A stretch of DNA of 64,000 nucleotides from a virus. The stretch's first letter is position 1. Every line of letters begins with the position of its first letter. The notes beneath the pieces were generated by a model. It saw only the letters and a program-made list of their open reading frames with translations. It was not told where the DNA came from and searched no databases. Made by a program: the position numbers and the translations under genes. The DNA lies in the IMG/VR virus record IMGVR_UViG_3300017963_000024, positions 22,833 to 86,832 of that record, one strand, 5' to 3'. This document shows positions 18,697 through 26,333 of this stretch, in pieces.

Positions 18697-19164
18697 ATGA
18701 GAAAGACAAAGTATAGATGGCCCGCAATGACCAAGGCACTAGAGGCAAAGTACGAGAGAGCCAGAAAGGAGGTTCCGCGACTCTGGAACGGAATTGTGCT
18801 GGGACTCGGGGAAGAGTTCCTGCTCCACTGGAAGAACCAGAGAGAGTGCCATGATAACCGCGACCTCGAAGAAGTGTGGGAGGTGTGGAGGCACCTGACG
18901 AGTGGAGGTGGTGCCCGCCCCAAGACCCCGAACGACACCTACCGGATTGCAATGGCATGGCTCCCAAAGCTTGTCCACCGTACTACCTCCGCAGGTGAGG
19001 CAATCCGTTGGGTGCAGGGGGTTCTCAACGAAGACGGGGAACTGTCGGACAATGGTATCGCCATCCCCTTCTTTGCCGTCTCCCATCATGGGACAACCCG
19101 CGATGCTCTGGAGCACATTGCCATGAAGAGGCATGAAGAAGTCTTTGACATGGGTTCTTGCTAG
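18697..19164 (+). CDS. hypothetical early protein
   Basis: RBS GGAGGAAGG before ATG 18697. Confidence 0.65.
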   Translation: MRKTKYRWPAMTKALEAKYERARKEVPRLWNGIVLGLGEEFLLHWKNQRECHDNRDLEEVWEVWRHLTSGGGARPKTPNDTYRIAMAWLPKLVHRTTSAGEAIRWVQGVLNEDGELSDNGIAIPFFAVSHHGTTRDALEHIAMKRHEEVFDMGSC

Positions 19165-19225
19165 AAAGAGAGTGTGTGCGCGGCCCCCCGTGGGTGTGGG
19201 GGCCGCCGAACCATAGGAGGAGAAA

Positions 19226-19501
19226 ATGAAAGAACTACAGGGCAATGAATTCTTTGATCTGTTCGACCCGGAGGTTCACCAGACGCTCAAGGACGTGGCA
19301 AAGAAGTTCGACGCGGACGGGATGATCGTGTTCGAGAATCTCCAGATGGACTCCAGTCAGTTCGGGGAGCGAACTGCCGTGGTGTTCGGGTCATGCTGCA
19401 CCTACAAGACGGCGCAGGACGCGGAGGGGAAGTGGCTGTACGATCTCCCGTCTCAGAGGCAGTACGCAACGGCATGGGTGGATGCGGTGTGGTTGGATTA
19501 A
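19226..19501 (+). CDS. hypothetical protein
   Basis: RBS AGGAGG. Confidence 0.7.
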   Translation: MKELQGNEFFDLFDPEVHQTLKDVAKKFDADGMIVFENLQMDSSQFGERTAVVFGSCCTYKTAQDAEGKWLYDLPSQRQYATAWVDAVWLD

Positions 19502-19526
19502 CAGAAAACCATAGCGCGGGTCCAGC

Positions 19527-19555
19527 TTGACACTCCTTCAAAGCTTTGCTATACT
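19527..19555 (+). promoter_or_regulatory. early sigma70 promoter P5
   Basis: TTGACA-17 bp (contains AAAGCTTT)-TATACT. Confidence 0.85.
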
Positions 19556-19582
19556 GGTTGCAAATGGAGGAAGGAGATTCCA

Positions 19583-20068
19583 ATGACCAGAACCTATGAA
19601 GTTTGTGATCGGTGTTCCCGCGTCGTCAGCAAGTGGGAGAGAGATGCGGGCTGGGCTGCCTGTCATGGACGGGGAGTCATCGAGGTCCCCGAAGAGGCAG
19701 CTAAGGACTACGAGTCCTGCCGCCTCTGCGATGAGCCAGCCGTCGCTTACGTGGAGTGGGTGAGTGATGCTGATGGGTGGGACCGCAGGACGGGGCTGGC
19801 TACGGTGGTCGAACAGGTCGAACGGTTCCCGTACTGTTTGGAGCACGTTCAGACGACCATCTCCGATGGTGACGCTATCGGGAGTGAGCCTGTTGAGCCG
19901 CTGACGTTCGAGTTTCTGCTCAATATCTCGCGGAGTCTGGAGGATGTCTATGACTTCTTCTGGTCCTGCATGAAACACAAAGGAGTCTACCACCCGAACC
20001 ACAGGAAGCGTCGTGGTCTTGCGCGTGCCTTTCGGGGGATTGGAGGAAGGGTTCGCCGAGGAGGGTGA
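19583..20068 (+). CDS. Cys-rich hypothetical protein
   Basis: RBS GGAGGAAGGAG; CDRC, CRLC, CLEH. Confidence 0.65.
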   Translation: MTRTYEVCDRCSRVVSKWERDAGWAACHGRGVIEVPEEAAKDYESCRLCDEPAVAYVEWVSDADGWDRRTGLATVVEQVERFPYCLEHVQTTISDGDAIGSEPVEPLTFEFLLNISRSLEDVYDFFWSCMKHKGVYHPNHRKRRGLARAFRGIGGRVRRGG

Positions 20069-20217
20069 AAGCCCTACCTCATCCACCCGGTAGGCGGAAT
20101 CTTCGGATTCCGCCTATGGCTGACCCCCACCCGTGGGGCTGATCGTGCGTAGCACGCGGGATCGTGGGGAACACCTAGCGGGTGCTCATAACAGAAACCC
20201 ATAAGCCGCTAGTCCAT

Positions 20218-20245
20218 TTGACAAAGCTTTTAGATTTGCTATAAT
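20218..20245 (+). promoter_or_regulatory. early sigma70 promoter P6
   Basis: TTGACA-AAGCTT...16 bp-TATAAT. Confidence 0.85.
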
Positions 20246-20287
20246 GTAGTCACGTTGGAAATGAATCCAACAACAAAGGAGGAAGGT

Positions 20288-20857
20288 ATGCACGCAGAAG
20301 GAAAAGTTGGAGTAAGTGAGTTCGTGCGGAGGCAAACCCCGGAATCACGCTTCGGGCACTTCGAGGGAACGTAGGAAGAACTGGTGAAGATGGTCGAGGC
20401 AGTTGAAGTGGAGAAGTGGGAGCGTGGCTACCGGGATGGTGTGTGGCTCGTCCCCATAACGCGGAGTGAGCCGTGGGGGGGTGCGGTACAGAGATTCTTC
20501 ACCAGCATCGTTCCCACGAAAGGCCGAATCATGTACGGGAGGTGGGAGGCGAGGAGGCCGGGTGAGAAACCTGTGATGGTCCGAACGGTAGCTGGTGACA
20601 AAACCAGAGCTAACTTCGTGGCAATCGTGCTCTACGAAGATTGGGTGCTCGCGGAAGACAACGAACGGTCCACCGACAAGAAGTACGAGATCATCTCCAT
20701 CAACGCCTCCCCGTTGGACAAGGATGTTCCGATGACCCCGGAAACGATGAAGCGCAACATGAACCACGAGGCTGGGGGAACGAAGGGAACATACACAGAC
20801 GAGGAGTTCGCGGAGTCGGAGGCTTTCTGGAAGGCTCACGCAATGGTGGAGAGGTGA
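20288..20857 (+). pseudogene. DUF3228-like gene interrupted by in-frame TAG (20372-20374)
   Basis: Strong RBS and ATG 20288; FVRRQT...HFEGT*EELV continues in frame into GYRDGV...YEIISINA...PMTPETMKRN. Confidence 0.6.
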
Positions 20858-21059
20858 GATGCTGAAGACGATGCTGGGCGGACTGGTGAAGGAGGGGCTG
20901 AAACAAACGAGTGAGTTCAGGAATCGCCCCTCCGGGTTGTATGACAGGAACGAGGAAGAATTGACGTTCGAGGAGGTTTTCAAACACCTCCTCGATGCGC
21001 TAAGAAAAGGATAATCTGCGAGCGGTGAGACGGATACCTTCCCCCGTCACCCGTGTCGA

Positions 21060-21090
21060 GGGGCAGTCTTTCGGGACTGCCCCTTTTTTT
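21060..21090 (+). terminator. intrinsic terminator ending the early cassette array
   Basis: GGGGCAGTC-loop-GACTGCCCC followed by T7. Confidence 0.9.
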
Positions 21091-21433
21091 GTCCTCGTCG
21101 CTCTGTGGACGAGCGGTGCATTTGACTTGCTAGCGGCGCGCCTTACGCTTCGTGGAGGTCGTTCAGTCAAAGCTTTCCTGAAAACGCGCGGTGCAGCTTT
21201 TAACGGCAGACTCGACGCTTTTGGACCCCCCCCGAACAGAAGTTCGTACCCCCTGACCGACCCCCTGACCGGGGGTGTCAAAGCTTTGACGGTGCCGTGA
21301 AGTGTCACATGGTCAAAGTTTGTCACTTTCCAAAAGTCAAAGCTTTTCGACCACTTAGGGGGGAAGGTTCAAGGAAATTCGACCTTTGTGTCAAAGCTTT
21401 GACGGTAGTGCGAACAAACGTTCACGATAGGAC

Positions 21434-21494
21434 GTCAAGGACCGTGCCAAAAGCTTTGAACCTTCAAAGCTTTGACGTTGGCACGGTCCTAGCT
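21434..21494. promoter_or_regulatory. divergent pair of sigma54-like -24/-12 boxes forming an inverted repeat
   Basis: TGGCACGGTCCTAGCT (+, 21479) and TGGCACGGTCCTTGAC (-, 21449), flanking two AAAGCTTT. Confidence 0.55.
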
Positions 21495-21778
21495 ACCATT
21501 CCGAACCATGATCGGTTCACGTTCCCCCCCTTCGGTTCCCCTTCGGTCAAGCCTTCCCCTTGGAAGGTGAGGAACCAAAGGGGATTCGGCACCTTCCAAG
21601 GTGAGCAGTCAGGGATTGCAGAATAATCGTGGCTCCTGATTGGCCGAACGAAGGTTCGGTCACGTCACTCCAGTTCTGATGATCGAAACCTTGGAAGGGG
21701 TGACAGGGAAGGGGAACCCTTCCTACCGAATAAGAACCCAAAAGCTTTGAACCTACAACGATCAAGGGAAGGTGAGAA

Positions 21779-22831
21779 ATGGCTACTGACAAAACTGAGT
21801 TTGTTACTCCTGAAGGGTTTGTTTTCTACGTTCCTACCTCTGATGCCGATGTAATCATGCAACAGAGGAAGGAAGGCCGTCGAACCCTTCTCGAAATTCT
21901 AGAAGGAAGGGGATATGAGCCTTCCGAAGTGACCGAACCTTCCGAACCCTTGGAAGTGGTCAAAGGCTCCGAGCCTGAACTTCCGATTGAACTTACAGAC
22001 GTGGTCAACGAACCGAAGGTTCAAACGAAGCCACTTCGGAGAACAATCGTTGACCGTTCCCGTGAGTCAAAGCTTGAAGAACTGACAAGCCTTCTGACTC
22101 AACAGAACGAAGCTTTGAAAGCTCAGTTGCTTGAACTGAGGAAAGAAGCCAACGGGAACGAACCTGAAGCCAACGAAGCCACTTCGGAAACGGTCAACGG
22201 TCCTGTCACTCCTGAAATGGTCGAAGCCTTTTTCGTTTCCATTCTGGCAACAATCGGAAGGGATGTTAAAGCCTTCGTTTCCACGTTCGTTCGGTTCACC
22301 TTCAAGCTTGTTTCCTTCACCTTCAAGCTTGCCACTTCCCCCCTTTGGGTTCCTATCAAGTGGCTTGTCCGGTTCGGATTGTACCTGAACGGAGTTTCCC
22401 CTTCGGGAACGGTCAAGCCTTCAGGAACCGTCAAGGCTTCGGTTCCTTCCGAACCTTCCGAACCTTCGGGAACGAAGGGAACGAAGGGAACGAAGGGAAC
22501 GAAGGGAACGAAGGCAAAGTCAAAGCTTATCCCTGAAGCCACTTCCTACAAGGCTTTGACCGAACGAATCCGAACGAACTTTGGTTACGGTGCCGACCGT
22601 TGGCTTTGTGGCTGGATTGCAAACGAAGGTGAGGAACCGGGAGACGTTCCCGAACTTTCCAAAAGCCCTAGGATTGCAGACACGTTGGCTTTCCTTCATG
22701 CAATCAAGGAACGTGTTTTCAACGGGAACGAAGCTTTGACCGTCAAGTGGTACAACGAACACGTTCGGCAAGACAACGAATGGAAGGTTCGGAAGGGGAA
22801 GGCTTCAGCTAACGTCTACATTTCAGAGTGA
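21779..22831 (+). CDS. hypothetical protein with coiled coil, hydrophobic segment and EPS/GTK repeats
   Basis: 350-aa ORF, RBS GGGAAGGTGAG; 9-bp repeat GGAACGAAG x5 at 22469-22513. Confidence 0.75.
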   Translation: MATDKTEFVTPEGFVFYVPTSDADVIMQQRKEGRRTLLEILEGRGYEPSEVTEPSEPLEVVKGSEPELPIELTDVVNEPKVQTKPLRRTIVDRSRESKLEELTSLLTQQNEALKAQLLELRKEANGNEPEANEATSETVNGPVTPEMVEAFFVSILATIGRDVKAFVSTFVRFTFKLVSFTFKLATSPLWVPIKWLVRFGLYLNGVSPSGTVKPSGTVKASVPSEPSEPSGTKGTKGTKGTKGTKAKSKLIPEATSYKALTERIRTNFGYGADRWLCGWIANEGEEPGDVPELSKSPRIADTLAFLHAIKERVFNGNEALTVKWYNEHVRQDNEWKVRKGKASANVYISE

Positions 22832-22889
22832 AGCCAACGAAGGGGGGAACGTTCCTCAGTTCCCCCCTTTCCTGAAGGGAAGGTGAGGA

Positions 22890-23060
22890 ATGAACATCAG
22901 GAAGGCAAGGGGAAAGCTTTACAGGCTTGCAAGGGTACTCGGTGACGTTCAGGCAATGCTAGACGGTCCCGAAGCCTACGTGAAGAGGCTTGCAAGGAAA
23001 CAAGCCTTGAAGGCTTCGGGAAAGTCGATCAACCATGCAATCAGAAGGAAGGGAAGGTGA
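22890..23060 (+). CDS. small basic protein (56 aa, below ORF-track cutoff)
   Basis: RBS GGGAAGGTGAGGA-ATG; MNIRKARGKLYRLARVLGDVQAMLDGPEAYVKRLARK. Confidence 0.75.
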   Translation: MNIRKARGKLYRLARVLGDVQAMLDGPEAYVKRLARKQALKASGKSINHAIRRKGR

Positions 23061-23064
23061 GGAA

Positions 23065-23364
23065 ATGGAAATGAACTTCAGAAGGAACTACAACGATCAA
23101 AGCTTGATAGTTCCCCTTTGTGGACTGTGCAACGAACGGACAACAATCAACGAATTAACCGTGGCTACAGTGCAAAGGGAAGGTGAGGAACCGAAGGTGA
23201 AGGCCGTGTGCTTCGATTGCTTAGGAGCCTACTCCGACTCTGAAGTGTCGAAGATCACTCGGACGTCAATCGTGAAGGTTCGACCTTTTCCCGTTCGGGA
23301 AACTGAAGGGGGGGAACTGAAGGAACGTTCCTTCGGTAGAGTTCACCGATTCAACGTGTACTGA
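23065..23364 (+). CDS. small Zn-finger protein
   Basis: Same RBS; CGLC...CFDC. Confidence 0.7.
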   Translation: MEMNFRRNYNDQSLIVPLCGLCNERTTINELTVATVQREGEEPKVKAVCFDCLGAYSDSEVSKITRTSIVKVRPFPVRETEGGELKERSFGRVHRFNVY

Positions 23365-23380
23365 CAAAGCTTGAACAACG

Positions 23381-23420
23381 AAGGGGGGGAAGGGGGGAAC
23401 GTTCCCCTTCCCCCCTTTTT
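23381..23420 (+). terminator. intrinsic terminator
   Basis: G-rich/C-rich hairpin around GAACGTTC followed by a T tract. Confidence 0.8.
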
Positions 23421-23465
23421 CTGGCTTCGTTCCTTCAATCAAACGTCATTCTAAAAGCTTTGATA

Positions 23466-23651
23466 TGCAACGAACGTGCCACTTCCGAACCGTCAAAGCT
23501 TTGACACGTTCGGGAACCGTTGGCACAAAGCTTGCAAGCCAACAGACGTTTGGCCTAGTCAAACGATTCCCCTTCAAGGAACGTGCCAAGTGGCTTCCCC
23601 TTGCCAAGTAAAGCTTTGACAAAAAGTGGCACCGTAGCAACGAACGTGCCA
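23466..23651. promoter_or_regulatory. cluster of sigma54 -24/-12 consensus boxes on both strands
   Basis: TGGCAC-N5-TTGCW perfect at 23466-23481 (-), 23521-23536 (+), 23636-23651 (-); near match 23573-23588 (-). Confidence 0.65.
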
Positions 23652-24057
23652 AGGCCAGTAACAAAATTTGACCATGCACGGCTAGCACGAAGCCATTTTT
23701 GGCTGACCGACCCCTGACCGGGGACCCCTCTCCGCACGAATTTTCGTTCGTACCCCCTCTTTAGGACCCCCTCGAAAATATAGCGGAAAAATCTATCAAA
23801 ACTTGGAAATTTGGCGGAAAAATTTATCAAGTTTTGAGGACTGCCTTAATGCGAGCGGGGGGAAATGGTGAAATGTGTGAATTGAAAAAAGTTTCGTTGT
23901 GCAGTGGAAGATTTCCGCTCGGCGTGCTAGGGTCCCATGTGTAAGCTGGCAGTAGGTCGAATAGCTAGAAAGGAGTATGCACGATGGAAGATGCCGAAGT
24001 GGTCGAACTGGTCATGGCCCTGTCCCGCGAGATCGGGTGGAGGAACGAGGAGGAGTG

Positions 24058-24363
24058 ATGGACACAATTGACGCTGAACACTGGTCACGTCTACAAGACA
24101 TCTGGAAGCGACTCGATGACCTCAAGTGTGACATTCGCGGCATTGGGGCCGACGACCAGCGGATTGATAGCCAAGTGGATGATGTGGTCGAGCTACTCTA
24201 CACGGCACAGTGCCGCGTGGAGGAAGCGCAGGGTGCCATCGCAGACCACTATGACGAGATGATTGAACAGAAAAACCAGCGCATTGAGGAGCTGGAAGAA
24301 GAGGTTGCCAGACTAAAGAAACCCGGCTCAGTAACCGCAGCCCGCGAGACTGAGGAGGAGTGA
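24058..24363 (+). CDS. coiled-coil hypothetical protein
   Basis: RBS GAGGAGGAG before ATG 24058. Confidence 0.55.
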   Translation: MDTIDAEHWSRLQDIWKRLDDLKCDIRGIGADDQRIDSQVDDVVELLYTAQCRVEEAQGAIADHYDEMIEQKNQRIEELEEEVARLKKPGSVTAARETEEE

Positions 24364-24364
24364 G

Positions 24365-24682
24365 ATGAGGGCTACCGACACGCGAATTGTTTACGGCGCT
24401 AAGTGTACGTGGTGGGACGTAATCCAGACCGTCGCTACGCTCCCCCCGCGCATAGGAGATCGTGGTCTGGCGGGTCTACCATGCTGCCCACACTGCGACA
24501 GCGTCCTGATATTTGAGGTGGATGCCGCAACCGCGTGGCGCAACGTGGACGAATACGAACGGGATGGTCATCCGGGTTATAGGGCCATGATGGAGTGGGC
24601 ATGGAAGAAATGCTTCCCGTCGAGGGTATGGACTTGGAGTTCGAGGACGGTTACGGCTTCCGCATCGACTACATCAACGTGA
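24365..24682 (+). CDS. Cys-rich hypothetical protein
   Basis: CTWWD...LPCCPHC. Confidence 0.55.
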   Translation: MRATDTRIVYGAKCTWWDVIQTVATLPPRIGDRGLAGLPCCPHCDSVLIFEVDAATAWRNVDEYERDGHPGYRAMMEWAWKKCFPSRVWTWSSRTVTASASTTST

Positions 24683-24874
24683 AGCTGCCCAATGGTGAGA
24701 TCGTCCTGTCCGAGAAGGAGGAAAGGTTGCAGATCAGCAGTGATCCACAGCACCTCCGCGATGCGATGGTACATCTCGACAAGCTTGCCGAAGAGTGGAT
24801 AAGGAACGGATGGTCTGTCACCCGTTCGCCTGACATCAAGAAGATCGCAAATGAAGAGCGAGAGAGGAGGGCGA

Positions 24875-25189
24875 ATGAAGGCTAAGAGCACACTGGACTT
24901 CCTTCCGGGGTACAACCGGAAGAGGATGACAAGGCGGGAAGACTACGACACGAGCAACGAAGCTGCCGACAGAGTGTTCACAAAGCTTCGCCCGTTGCAG
25001 AAGAGGGTTCTGGCTGCGCTTAGAAAGAAGCCGATGACTGACAGGCAGCTTGAAGCTTTGCCGGAGTTCGAGGAGTATATGTACTCCACAGTTCGTAAGC
25101 GGAGGAGTGAACTTTTCCAAGACGGGCTGGTCGAGAAAGCCGGAAGGGACCCGGAGACTCGAATGACGATCTGGAGGGCTGCAAGATGA
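24875..25189 (+). CDS. winged helix-turn-helix protein
   Basis: TSNEAA...VLAAL...MTD.QL...STVRKRRSEL...GLVE. Confidence 0.7.
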   Translation: MKAKSTLDFLPGYNRKRMTRREDYDTSNEAADRVFTKLRPLQKRVLAALRKKPMTDRQLEALPEFEEYMYSTVRKRRSELFQDGLVEKAGRDPETRMTIWRAAR

Positions 25190-26213
25190 GCTTTGAAATC
25201 TGGAGGTTCTCCTGCAATTTCCTCCGCCGTGGAGTTTTCATCTTCTTCAGGTTCGGACCTAACAAGAAGACTGGTGGCTGGATAGATTACAGAAAAGTAA
25301 TCGGTTTCTATTGGCCTTGGTGGGGTTGGCTGGTCAGACGGGAGGAAAAGCGAAGGAGGCAGAAAGATGGGGTATCTATTTCTGACGGCGAAAGACGGTA
25401 GTGAAACAATCATCAATCTTTTGCACGTCAAGATGATCTGCACCTCCCGTGAAGGTGGAAGTGAGATCCGAATGAGCGATGGTGGTTACTACACGACAAC
25501 CACTTCCGTCAGTGAGTTGAAGAACCAAGTTGTTCAAGCCCTGCGGCAAGCTTTGTTTGGTCTAAGGGGTGTGTGATGGGCGTCGAATTCGGAGTTGATG
25601 GTCACAGTACACAGGACAAGCTTGCCCGAATGACCGAGAAGGCTCGCTTGCTGGACGAGCATCTGGTAAAAAGGACGGCAGAGAGAAACGCAATCATCTT
25701 CGAGATCGAAAGGATGGCCGAGAGCTACAGGGCGGAAGCAAGTGAAAGCTTGAAGGGGGCAGCTAGATTGCTGTACGGAACCATCGCCCGTGAACTGGAC
25801 GGGATAGCCAAACGTTTCAGGGGAGAGTTCAATGTCAGAGCAGTTGAAAGCGGAGTTGGACAAGAGGATCAGGGAGAACACGGCACTACGGAGAGAGAAT
25901 CGGGGAGCGAAACTTCGGATCAAGCATCTGGAGATTGAGAATGAAAGGTTGACGGACAAGCTTCGGGATGCTGGACTGGAGCCATGAAGCGTAGAGAGTG
26001 GAGGATCGGGATTTCGATGGCTACGTTGGGACAAGTTTTGTGTGGGATTGGTGTCCATGATTACAGGCTGGACACTTCGTCAGGCTCGCTCGACTCGACT
26101 TTCCGTATCTGCAAACGACCGGGTTGCCACCACAAACAACGGTGGGTATCCTACGAGGAACTACCCGACCCGCTCTATGGTCGGGCAACAGGAAGATGGG
26201 AGGACATAGAGGA

Positions 26214-26333
26214 ATGAAAAAGCTTTGTTTTCTGCTCATTTTCTTTACATTCATGGGCTGCGATGGCAAGTTCAACCCAATCACCAAGCAGCCTCGTCCG
26301 TTGCCAACCGCTGCCGTAGAGGTGCCACAATGA
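26214..26333 (+). CDS. tiny predicted lipoprotein
   Basis: MKKLCFLLIFFTFMGC lipobox-like signal. Confidence 0.5.
   Translation: MKKLCFLLIFFTFMGCDGKFNPITKQPRPLPTAAVEVPQ

Noticed and set aside
20372-20374. Genome-wide TAG reassignment (alternative genetic code)
   Set aside because: Only one in-frame TAG noticed; long genes are intact in code 11 and TAG ends many genes
21025-21626. ORFs 21025-21300 and 21297-21626
   Set aside because: They run through a terminator and palindrome/repeat arrays, have no RBS, and their KAL repeats simply reflect AAAGCTTT sites
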